Positions 17,969 through 27,130 of a stretch of DNA of 64,000 nt are shown here, piece after piece. The notes under the pieces were generated by a model. It was not told the DNA's origin and ran no database searches. It saw only the letters and a program-made list of their open reading frames with translations. The stretch is taken from assembly GCA_963700635.1 (NCBI GenBank), contig CAVOYH010000004.1, forward strand, positions 512,001 to 576,000, written 5' to 3'. The position numbers were made by a program, and so were the translations under genes. Numbering within the stretch: position 1 is the stretch's first letter; every line of letters begins with the position of its first letter. The DNA is from an uncultured Bacteroidota bacterium. Lineage in GTDB: Bacteria; Bacteroidota; Ignavibacteria; UBA10030; UBA6906.

Positions 17969-20380
17969 CTATCTGAGAAGGAGCATCTTCCTGGTCTGAA
18001 CAAAGGAGCCCGTCTGCAGTCTGTACAGGTACACTCCGCTCGCGAGTCCTGATCCGTCAAAAACCACTTCGTAGCGTCCCGGCCGCTTCCGCTCATTGAC
18101 CAGAACAACGACCGATCGGCCAAGTAGATCATACACGGCTATCCTCACGTCAACAGTCCCGCCGAGCGGGTCGCCCGTGTGTCCAACCTCATAACCGATC
18201 GATGACATGGGGTTAAACGGATTTGGATAGTTCTGTTCAAGCCGAATGGTCACGGGGGAGGGGAGTGGACCGACAGTCACGATGCCTCCCGGATGGGCGG
18301 TAAATTCGTAGATATCCCGTCTGGTAAATGGCTTCAGGATCTTGAACAAAAACAGATCGCCGGCAGACGGAAGTACAGGGTTTGAAGGACCGGTGAAGAA
18401 CAATTCCCATGTCGGGAATGGCTTTCCGAGAGCGTCTCTCTCAATCAGAATAAGGTCATCATACTGTCCGATCATGCGATCACCATTCAGGTCAGTAAAA
18501 AGTACCTCAACCCGGTGGGATTCCGTCATATTCCAGACGGTAAAATTCATCGGGGCGGGCGTCCACCCATAGAAAGAACCCGAGGTATCAACGGTCTGGT
18601 CGAAGAGTTGTATGGTGTAATCGGATACATACGGAACTCCGGTGACGAGCCCCGTGTCCGGGTAGAAACTCGGGAGACTGATGACCGGAATGAGGTCGCT
18701 TCCCCCCGTGATCCAGCGGGTCGAATCTTTGGAAATGCGGGGAGGGTCATAATCGGCAAGGACAAGCCGGAGACCATCGAAGAGGGGACCCTCCTGGCCC
18801 GGTAGACCAACAGGTGCGCCGGGGACCGCCATTACATCTTGATCAAGATCAATTACTGAATACGTTTTTGATCCTGGAATGCTGTCGTGAAAGAGAATGC
18901 GGTATCTGCGGCCCGAGACGGCAGCGGAATCCACGACATGCACGCCAATCGACCCGTCTGCGATCCCCTTGACGTGCTCAACCAGCGTTGATTGAAGCGA
19001 AGGCCGGTGGTTGAATACAGAGAAGGGCGGAGAAATCGCAACACCCGAACTCGTTCCGTCGCTGCCGCGAATTTTGAGCCGGTAACGTGACGTGTTGGGA
19101 GCCGCAGCGGTATTCCAGAGGTACATGCCATCGTGTAACGGGTCTGCAAGATGAGTCCATGTGGTTCCATCATCGGTGCTCGTTTCGATGGAAATCGTCA
19201 GGAGATCACTATCAGCATCTTCGGCCCGCCAGCGGACCGCCTGCACCCCGGTGAGAGTCTGTGCGGAGTCGGGAAACAGAATCTCCACCTCGGGCACCGC
19301 GTTTCCTGGGTTATTCAGGGTAAAGGACCCGGCCATCTGGGTAAAACCATAGGTTGTATCCCCGAGCACGCGTACCCTCAGTCTGTACCCGGTTCCATCC
19401 TGCAACGGGAGGGTATTCCAGAGGAATGACGTATCCGTGGTTGCAGATGAGTACAGCTCCAGCCAGCTTTTTCCCCGGTTTCGACTGTACTCAACAACTG
19501 TCCGAACGTTTTCTGCCGGTGGCTGCACGGACCACGACACGGGGACGGCGCCGGATACTGTCGAGGCAGGAAGGGGGGAGACGATCTGGACCGCAAGCGT
19601 TTCCGATCCCACGAGAAAGTGCTGCCAGTGTAAAGGCAACGATTTTTCCATATGCAGGTCTGCGAAATACCAGTTGTGAGAAGAACTGGGGGCAATAGCG
19701 AGCGTATCGAAGGCGTTGGTGATCCCATGGGACTGAAGAATAGAAAGGAATTGCTGGTTGGATGTGTAGTTGCCGGAGGGGGTTGAATGGACAAGGAACT
19801 TCATCTGGCGCAAGAGATTCCAGTATGGTTCGCCTGTGCCTGCGAAAAATGTGTTCAGATTCACAAGCCAGAAGGATCCGTCATATGCACCCGCCGTGAA
19901 AAAGAGTTCCGGGCTTCTCCGCAGGAGTTGCAACACATCGTATCCCCCCAACGAAAACCCGTCCATACCCCGCTTCTGGCGAACGGGTATGGTTCGGAAA
20001 TGTGCATCGATGTACGGGATAAGTTCCTCCGCCGCGTACGCGAAGTCGGCTGACGTGCCGGGTTGTGAGATTCCGGGCATGACCAGGATCATTCTCCCGA
20101 TCGTTCCTGCAGCGTAGAGCCTGTCGGCTACGGTCTTGATGTTCCCACGCCGGCTCCCGTCTTCAGTGGGATTTGCCCATTCCCGCTCATGCCCCCGAAA
20201 AAGGTAGACAACGGGATAACGCAGCGAGTCCCGGTCGTATCCCTCCGGGAGAAATATGTTGTAGTTCTTCTGGGTTCCGAGCAGGGGACTGTAGTGACTC
20301 TGTAATTCAATGCGGCTCTCCTGGGCAGAGACACCCCCCGTCATTGCAGCGAACAGAGAAAGGAGAAGAATTCTTTTCAT
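17969..20380 (-). CDS. Secreted esterase (alpha/beta hydrolase) with Ig-like repeats and T9SS C-terminal domain
   Basis: Signal peptide MKRILLLSLFAA; RYPVVYLF, ELIPYID, GFSLGG, HNW; C-terminal QNYPNPFNP...RKMLLLR. Confidence 0.88.
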   Translation of the reverse strand: MKRILLLSLFAAMTGGVSAQESRIELQSHYSPLLGTQKNYNIFLPEGYDRDSLRYPVVYLFRGHEREWANPTEDGSRRGNIKTVADRLYAAGTIGRMILVMPGISQPGTSADFAYAAEELIPYIDAHFRTIPVRQKRGMDGFSLGGYDVLQLLRRSPELFFTAGAYDGSFWLVNLNTFFAGTGEPYWNLLRQMKFLVHSTPSGNYTSNQQFLSILQSHGITNAFDTLAIAPSSSHNWYFADLHMEKSLPLHWQHFLVGSETLAVQIVSPLPASTVSGAVPVSWSVQPPAENVRTVVEYSRNRGKSWLELYSSATTDTSFLWNTLPLQDGTGYRLRVRVLGDTTYGFTQMAGSFTLNNPGNAVPEVEILFPDSAQTLTGVQAVRWRAEDADSDLLTISIETSTDDGTTWTHLADPLHDGMYLWNTAAAPNTSRYRLKIRGSDGTSSGVAISPPFSVFNHRPSLQSTLVEHVKGIADGSIGVHVVDSAAVSGRRYRILFHDSIPGSKTYSVIDLDQDVMAVPGAPVGLPGQEGPLFDGLRLVLADYDPPRISKDSTRWITGGSDLIPVISLPSFYPDTGLVTGVPYVSDYTIQLFDQTVDTSGSFYGWTPAPMNFTVWNMTESHRVEVLFTDLNGDRMIGQYDDLILIERDALGKPFPTWELFFTGPSNPVLPSAGDLFLFKILKPFTRRDIYEFTAHPGGIVTVGPLPSPVTIRLEQNYPNPFNPMSSIGYEVGHTGDPLGGTVDVRIAVYDLLGRSVVVLVNERKRPGRYEVVFDGSGLASGVYLYRLQTGSFVQTRKMLLLR

Positions 20381-20524
20381 GACAGGGTTCCCGGGGGAGG
20401 AGAAGAGGAGAATTGGCATCACGATGCTGTGGTACAATATACAAAAGCCCGGAAACAATGCCATCGCGCGTATGTGAGGAGGACTGTATTCCATTCTTTG
20501 GGCGCCCTCCATGCCGCCGGGATC

Positions 20525-20553
20525 TTGACATTCACCCGAAGAGTGTCCATATT
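20525..20553 (+). promoter_or_regulatory. sigma70-like promoter upstream of the DinB gene
   Basis: TTGACA-N17-CATATT. Confidence 0.5.
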
Positions 20554-20742
20554 TTAGGGCGAAATACGCGCGAGTGTGCTCGCACTGTTCTCACACGTCT
20601 CCGGTCCTCAGACATGCCTGGCAGTCTAAACTCCAGCTCTGGCTTGTTCAATCTTGCTTCGCCGTCCGATTTTCCTCTTCGATGTGCCTTTGCACCCCTT
20701 TTTCTCAAAACCATACATACACCCACCGCAGGGAGTAATGTT

Positions 20743-21321
20743 ATGAAGAGCGTACGTAATGTTCTCATTCTTTGTTTGCTGCTCGTACCGGCGACCAAGC
20801 TGGTTCGGGCGCAGGAAATGAAAGGATTTCGCGCGGATCTGATCGGCCAGATCGAGTACGTGCAGAAGCAGATTCTGGATCTTGAGGCCAGCATCCCGGA
20901 CAAAAAGATGACGTGGCGTCCGGCGAAAGACGTTCGCTCCATCAGTGAAGTGTACGCGCACATCTCCTTTGCAAATTACCTGATGGGGAAGTTTGCGGGG
21001 TTCCCGCTGCCCGAGGGCATCGTTGTGGCAACTCCGGAGGATGCGGCAAAGTGGGACAAGGCATCCACAGACAAGAAAGTGCTCCACGAGCAGATGGTGA
21101 AGTCGTTTGATTTCGTGAAACATGAGATCGGCGCCATGTCTGACGCCAGCCTGGAGAATATGGTGGATTTCTTCGGGTACAAGATGACGGTGCGAAGTGT
21201 CCTGCTGGTCCTCCTTTCACACATGCACGAACATCTCGGGCAGTCCGTTGCCTACGCGCGGTCGGTGGGCGTGGTGCCACCCTGGACGGCTGCACAGATG
21301 GCTGCAGAGAAGGGTAAGTAG
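20743..21321 (+). CDS. Secreted DinB/DUF664 family protein
   Basis: Signal peptide; WRPAKDVRSISEVYAH, HMHEHLGQSVAYAR...VVPPW. Confidence 0.88.
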   Translation: MKSVRNVLILCLLLVPATKLVRAQEMKGFRADLIGQIEYVQKQILDLEASIPDKKMTWRPAKDVRSISEVYAHISFANYLMGKFAGFPLPEGIVVATPEDAAKWDKASTDKKVLHEQMVKSFDFVKHEIGAMSDASLENMVDFFGYKMTVRSVLLVLLSHMHEHLGQSVAYARSVGVVPPWTAAQMAAEKGK

Positions 21322-21329
21322 TTCCCAGC

Positions 21330-21362
21330 GGGGCCCGGATCCCTGATTCGGGCCCCCCTTTT
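21330..21362 (+). terminator. Rho-independent terminator
   Basis: GGGGCCCGGAT-CCCTG-ATTCGGGCCCC hairpin (one G-U pair) followed by CCTTTT just after the stop codon. Confidence 0.75.
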
Positions 21363-21392
21363 AACACTGTTGCCTTCCTGCGAACCATTCAT

Positions 21393-22895
21393 ATGCCATT
21401 TCTCGGACAACTTCCCGTGCACAAGATCCTTACCTATGGATCCCTTTGCCTCATCGGGCTATATCTCCTTCTTGCACTACCACCGTCCGCGCCTGATGTG
21501 CCCGAGCAAGGACCATCCTTGCACGCGCGTCCATTCCTCTGGAACCAGGATGCGAGATGGGATTCGCTGGAGGAAATGTATGTGAAGGCCCGGCGTGCCG
21601 GCTGTGATACTATGCGCCTGAAGTTTGACGCGAGCATGCGAGGCCTTCAGGATATTATCCTCCACATTGAAACGCACACGGAGTCTGCAACGTCTCCGGC
21701 ATTCTCGCATCTTGAAGAGAGGATATTCCAGACCGCCACGTTGCTCGGCGCCTGTCCGCGGGGGGTTCCCGATTTTCTTGCGCTCGTATCGCGGCTGCGC
21801 TCAGCCCTCAAACGCCAATCCGAGCGGTGGGACATGACCGACAGACAGACGCGCGAGATACTCTACCGCCTCCTCTACGGCACGCGGAGCGCTGCGGAGG
21901 AAGTGATTCTTCAGACCCCCCGTGAGCAGCGTCCTTCCCCGCTCCTCGAGGGAACTCAAGAACCTTCGGCCACGCCGGCGGCGGTGATACTCGACGTCAC
22001 AGTCCACAGCGGGGATATCCTGGTTTCGCGCGGTGGAGCGCCAACGTCGGCACTTATTGCGCGCGGAAACGACTTTCCCGGCAACTTCTCCCATGCCGCG
22101 CTGGTGTATGTCGACTCGGCAACGGGCCGCCTGTCGATTATAGAATCGCATATTGAGTATGGTGTTACGGTCTCTACGAGGGAAGAATATCTGCGCGACA
22201 CAAAACTCCGCATTCTGGTGCTGCGCCTGAGGGCGGACCTCCCCATCCTGGTTCACGATCCGCTTCTTCCGCACCGGGCGGCATCGATGATGCTCCGGCG
22301 TGCCCGTGCGGGGCACATACCCTATGACTTCGCCATGGCGCATGACGATTCCACGGAGCTGTTCTGTTCCGAAGTGGTCTCTTCGGCGTACGGAATGTTC
22401 GGCGTCCATCTCTGGATTGGCAAATCGTATATATCTTCCCCGGGGCTTCGCGGTTGGCTCGGGGACTTTGGGGTCCGTCATTTCGCGACGGAGGAACCCT
22501 CCGATCTGGAGTATGATCCCCAGGTCCGCGTGGTTGCGGAATGGCGCGATCCTGAGACACTCCGTAAGGATCACCTTGACAATGCGGTCACGGAGGCAAT
22601 GCTCGAAGGGGCCGAGCGCGGCGACCGGCTTCGATACGATTGGTACCTTCTGCCCATTGCGCGCGTCGTGAAGGCGTATTCGGTGGTGTTGAACCTGTTT
22701 GGTTTCGCGGGACCCATCCCCGAGGGGATGAGTGCGGCTGCGGGTCTGAAGCACGAGGATTATGTTACGCGGCACGAGGCGGCAGTCGCCGCCGTACGCG
22801 AAAGTGCTGATCGATTCCGGCACGACCGCGGGTTTGAACCGCCATACTGGCGGCTTCTCCAAATGGCACGCACGTCCCTCCAGCGCGAGGACTGA
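21393..22895 (+). CDS. Permuted papain-like NlpC/P60 amidase (YiiX/YebB-like) with helical N-terminal extension
   Basis: SGDILVSRG, FSHAALV (His before Cys), PYDF, LFCSEVV; N-terminal TM/signal. Confidence 0.85.
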   Translation: MPFLGQLPVHKILTYGSLCLIGLYLLLALPPSAPDVPEQGPSLHARPFLWNQDARWDSLEEMYVKARRAGCDTMRLKFDASMRGLQDIILHIETHTESATSPAFSHLEERIFQTATLLGACPRGVPDFLALVSRLRSALKRQSERWDMTDRQTREILYRLLYGTRSAAEEVILQTPREQRPSPLLEGTQEPSATPAAVILDVTVHSGDILVSRGGAPTSALIARGNDFPGNFSHAALVYVDSATGRLSIIESHIEYGVTVSTREEYLRDTKLRILVLRLRADLPILVHDPLLPHRAASMMLRRARAGHIPYDFAMAHDDSTELFCSEVVSSAYGMFGVHLWIGKSYISSPGLRGWLGDFGVRHFATEEPSDLEYDPQVRVVAEWRDPETLRKDHLDNAVTEAMLEGAERGDRLRYDWYLLPIARVVKAYSVVLNLFGFAGPIPEGMSAAAGLKHEDYVTRHEAAVAAVRESADRFRHDRGFEPPYWRLLQMARTSLQRED

Positions 22896-22937
22896 TCCCG
22901 CCACTCACCGGACCGTCTCCCGGCCACCGGAAGACGG

Positions 22938-25193
22938 CTACACGGTGTCTCCGGCAGATGGCTCCAGAATGATAGCCCGGTACCGCTGATACAGATACGA
23001 AACGGCCAGCAGTATCAACCCGAGGGCCATAAAAGAGAATATGCGGTAGAGCGTTTCGAGAAACGACAGATCGTAGATGAATATCTTCAGGATCGTAAAG
23101 CCGAAGAGAGCCATTGCCAGGAGCCGCAGCATGCGCATCCGTCGCCAGATCCCGAAGACCATCAGGCAGATGGAAAATGTGAGCCAGAGTCCGGAAAGGG
23201 ATATCTGTTTCAGATTCTCCAACCGTTTCCCTTCGGCGGAAACATCCGGGAGCCCCATCCCCGCGCTTATTCCCAGAATAGCCTTCTCGAAGATATCTCG
23301 TATCTCGCCGGTAAACAGAACAAGCAGGAGAAGGACTCCGATAATCTGCATGGCTTCGCGGATCTCCGGGATCCAGGCTGACCGGCCGACAGTGCGTCCG
23401 AGCCGGCGGACGACAAGGAACATGACCACCACCGTGAGAACAAGCGCAAGAACTCTGATGTTAAAGACGGGGATAAATTCCGCAAGAGGGGCAAAAGCGA
23501 TTCCGCGAATTCCCGTGAGGCAGGCCGCGATCAGCACTACCGAAATTCCGGAGAAGATGACAGGCCGCGTGTACGGGCGGGTACCCGCACCCGCGAGTGC
23601 GAGCGCATAGAGGGACCAGACGCCGGCCATGACCATGAACCGGTTAAAACCGAGTGCATCCTTATTCAGCCCGCCCGCATTGACCATCCACGAACGGAAC
23701 AGGTCATTGGTTTCCACCGTAAGAAGTACGAACAAGAGAAAAACCCACCCATAGTGAAGCAATTCCACCAGTCCCGTGATCGACGTGCCCACAACGTCGC
23801 GAAGGAAGATCACACATGCTCCGAGTGACAGGGCGAGGAAGATGTATGCAAGGGTACGTTGGTTCAGGAGAAGCTGGAATCCTTCGAGAGGTGATGCGAC
23901 CAGCGACCCTTCCAGGCTCAACAGTGTAATCACTGTAACCCCGAAAAGCAGAAGTCCCGCGACCCAGAGATACCGCCGCTGGTAACGGGTTCCTGCCCAG
24001 ACAAGCACAACCGCCTCAACTGTCCAGAATATCACGATGGTAAAACTCTCAAACTCGATGGCGATCGCAAACAGAAGGAACGCCGCGGCTGTCAGCGAAT
24101 ATTGAATCAATGCGCCGTAGGCACCCGGGCGGCGGCGTTCAACCGGAATTGTCGACACGGCGTACAGCGCTGAAGCAACCGCCGCAGCCAGTCCCATCTG
24201 CGCGTGAAAGTGGGGTTCAAGGAGGATGGAAAGAGCGATCCAGAAAAGGCCTGCATGAAACCAGGCCACGACGCGTCGCAGCGCAGTATCACCTGCGATT
24301 CCGCGGGCACCTCTGAACATGTCAAATCCGTGAAAGATGGCCCAGAATAGAACGAGAAAGATGAGCGTGAGAAGTGTATCAGGCCGGGTGTAATACACAT
24401 CGAACCAGGAGAAGTACAGGATGAATGTTCCTGCAAGCAACATGGGTTCAAGGACGAACCAGGAATGTTTCCTGAGCAGCACCAAGAGCACGCCGATATC
24501 CAGCACAGCGACATAGGTAAAGAGCTCGGCTGGATTGGATTCTCCGGTACTCAACATGAAGGGCGTGAGAAACCCACCCACACACGCCAGGACCGACACG
24601 GCAAGGGAATCGTACCGGAGCGCCTCAAAGAAGGCGATCACCGTGACGGCAGCCATGAGCACGAAAGCTACCGGTTGTGAAACAAGCTGATAGTAGTTGA
24701 AACAGGCGTAGACTGACAGATAGAGGATTGCGATTCCCGCTCCGGCGATACCCTGGGAAAATATCTGAAATCCCTTCTTTTGTGTTCTCCTCGCCCCGAT
24801 CAGGCAGAGGAACCCTATGACGGCGCCGGTCAGAACCCTGGTGGTTTCACTTATCCAATTGTTGTCGAATGCATATTTCAGAAAAAACCCCACGCCAATA
24901 ATGAGCGCAAGGGCTCCTATCCGGTTCAGGAGTTTTCCCCCGATTAACGCCTCCCATTCTTCCCTGGTGCGTGATGGCGCCGGCGGAACGGATGTGGCCG
25001 TCGGAACGGCTTGTGGCATCTGCGTCGCAGTGACAGGCAACTGTTTGGGCTCTTGCGCTCCGGCCGACCTTCGCTCGAGTACCTTGAGTCTGGCCTCCAA
25101 CTCACCGTACTTCGAAGAAAGGTAAAAAGATCTCGCGGTGATAATGATGAGAAGGACTGAAGCCAACAGCACCAGGAGGCCGAGAGCATCCAT
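22938..25193 (-). CDS. DUF2339 family membrane protein
   Basis: WEALIGGKLLNRIGALALIIGVGFFLKYAFDNNWI; C-terminal KIFIYDLSFLETLYRIFSFMALG. Confidence 0.9.
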   Translation of the reverse strand: MDALGLLVLLASVLLIIITARSFYLSSKYGELEARLKVLERRSAGAQEPKQLPVTATQMPQAVPTATSVPPAPSRTREEWEALIGGKLLNRIGALALIIGVGFFLKYAFDNNWISETTRVLTGAVIGFLCLIGARRTQKKGFQIFSQGIAGAGIAILYLSVYACFNYYQLVSQPVAFVLMAAVTVIAFFEALRYDSLAVSVLACVGGFLTPFMLSTGESNPAELFTYVAVLDIGVLLVLLRKHSWFVLEPMLLAGTFILYFSWFDVYYTRPDTLLTLIFLVLFWAIFHGFDMFRGARGIAGDTALRRVVAWFHAGLFWIALSILLEPHFHAQMGLAAAVASALYAVSTIPVERRRPGAYGALIQYSLTAAAFLLFAIAIEFESFTIVIFWTVEAVVLVWAGTRYQRRYLWVAGLLLFGVTVITLLSLEGSLVASPLEGFQLLLNQRTLAYIFLALSLGACVIFLRDVVGTSITGLVELLHYGWVFLLFVLLTVETNDLFRSWMVNAGGLNKDALGFNRFMVMAGVWSLYALALAGAGTRPYTRPVIFSGISVVLIAACLTGIRGIAFAPLAEFIPVFNIRVLALVLTVVVMFLVVRRLGRTVGRSAWIPEIREAMQIIGVLLLLVLFTGEIRDIFEKAILGISAGMGLPDVSAEGKRLENLKQISLSGLWLTFSICLMVFGIWRRMRMLRLLAMALFGFTILKIFIYDLSFLETLYRIFSFMALGLILLAVSYLYQRYRAIILEPSAGDTV

Positions 25194-25244
25194 CAGAATA
25201 CCCTTTGAATGTCTGTGAGTCGCCGTGTTCCGCCGGCTTCAGAG

Positions 25245-25806
25245 TTATTCCCTGAGCTCTCTCCTGTAATACCAATTGAGCAGGAACAGAGCTCCCGTGA
25301 ACACAAGCGGGCCGGCCATGATCAGAAACGTCGACAAGCGGGCAAATGGCGCATTCCAGGCCCACACGACGTACACAACCCCCACCAGCGGGAAGAAAAT
25401 CCCGGCTATCCACTCCCGGCGCCAGGAGATGACAAGGACGGCGAGAAGGACAAACGTCGGAATAAGATGCATCAGAAGGGCAAGAGTTGTATCCAGGAAG
25501 CCCTTTCCTTCATCAAACACGTCAAGTGCGAAACATGCTGATAAACAGGGCGAACACGATACAAAGTGCTCGCGGAGACCAGTACAGCAATTGATAGGCA
25601 GGCTTACGTCTTCCACCCTTTGCAACACCGTTGAAAATGCCCAGCACGACAGCAAAGAATCCGGCAAGCATTGCCACGATACCGGGAGGATTGTCGGAAA
25701 TCCCGATGACAAATGCAAGAACAAGAAAGATACATCCCACGGCAATAAGTATGGTTGCCGTCTTGTTGAACCTGTGTTTCTCAGGCAATCCTGAATCTGT
25801 GCTCAT
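25245..25806 (-). CDS. Small membrane protein with one frameshift (extra T near 25532)
   Basis: ORFs 25522..25806 and 25245..25745 join as ...WSPRALCIVFALFISMF/ALDVFDEGKG... if TTTC is read as TTC. Confidence 0.7.
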
Positions 25807-25839
25807 TGGTCTGCCTCCTTGTACTTTGGTACTGCCCGG

Positions 25840-26962
25840 CTAAAACAGATACTCCTGCAGGCGCTTGACCAGAAGTCTGTGACAGTCTTCCTTGGACCTG
25901 GGTTGCACGTTCTGGTACTCAGGTTGGTGTGAATTCTGCATGATCGACAATCACCCATTCGCCGTTGCGGTCACACACCACAAAGTGCACATACCCCTGC
26001 TCCCACCGCTCCGGATTGAATATGTAGTCCGCGTACAGAACATAGTCGGTCGTGACAGGATTCTTCCTGCAGTATACTCTAAATTCACGGGCAAGGTCCC
26101 AGAGTACCTTCATCTCGTTGGGGTCGGCTTGAGAACTTCGGAGTGACAGGGACTTCGCCGTAGGGGTTGACTTGCAGAGGTCCGCACTGCGAATCATTGA
26201 TGCGAGTTGGATGGCGCTGGTCGTGTCGGCCTCTCCACCAATCCGGATCGGGAAGACCCCCAGGGTGATCGTCTCCCTGGACTCCTTCAGCAATTTCTGG
26301 CGCTCCGGAAGCAAGGCCCGCTCGCTCTCGGGTGGCAGTCCGCTTCGCTCTTCCATCCGGCGGGCCATCCTGCCCGGCTTTGCGGCCTTCGCTGTTTCCT
26401 CATTCAGCCCAAGCACCGGGCACAATCGTTCAGACAGCAGAACGGAAAATGTCATCGGCTCTCTGGATTCCAATTGCTGCAAGGCCGTGTCCTGATCACC
26501 CAGACTTTCCATCCACACTACCTTGCCAGAGGTGTTGACAAGGATCCCGCGGAGCTCCACCAGTCCGGTCTGACGGTCTCCATTGTACTCAGCGTACAGG
26601 GCGTACTTTGTGGGTACCGGATTCTTCTTCAAGAATTCGGACAGCAGCGCCGAGAGTTGCTCCATCCCGATTCCAGCGGCCGGCACGAATGGGGTCGCGC
26701 CCACTTCAATGTTCTCCAACCCCTGTTGTTCGAGGAGAACCCCGACGACCTCCGAAACCCGGTCGTATGGCCGACCCGCCAGCAGGATGGGAAGTACAGT
26801 GAGAGATCGTACCGTCGCCCCGGACTCCATACGCTCAGGTCCTTTCTGAATTCCCCCGGGGGCGGAGGATGATTGTGGCGCTTCCTGGCCAAAGAGGGAC
26901 GGTGACACACAAAGGCAACCAGCCAGGAGAATCCCCATTACATGATTCAAGGTTGATCCCAT
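25840..26962 (-). CDS. Secreted hypothetical protein with a frameshift near 25942
   Basis: AAGGAG RBS, signal peptide; after ...GEWVIVD the shifted frame continues MQNSHQPEYQNVQPRSKEDCHRLLVKRLQEYLF to TAG at 25840. Confidence 0.7.
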
Positions 26963-27056
26963 GGTAGTTCTCCTTACTCGATGTTCATGGCGGGGATGGC
27001 CCCGCAGGCCGCAGTTCATGCCGCAATATACGGGTCCAAAAGACGATGAACATAAC

Positions 27057-27085
27057 AGGATTCTACAGGAATCTATGAGAATTCT
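27057..27085 (-). promoter_or_regulatory. Tandem direct repeat at 21-bp spacing, putative AraC-type activator site
   Basis: Minus strand AGAATTCT and AGAATCCT exactly 21 bp apart, upstream of a TATATT -10 at 27025-27030 that lacks a good -35. Confidence 0.45.
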
Positions 27086-27130
27086 CGCATACAGGTGAAA
27101 ATGGCTGTTGTTTGGAGTGAGCGGATGGGT

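Noticed and set aside
21801-22904. Long antisense and alternate-frame ORFs (e.g. 367 aa at 21801..22904, 261 aa at 43453..44238)
   Set aside because: Shadow ORFs of well-supported genes in GC-rich DNA with no recognisable motifs
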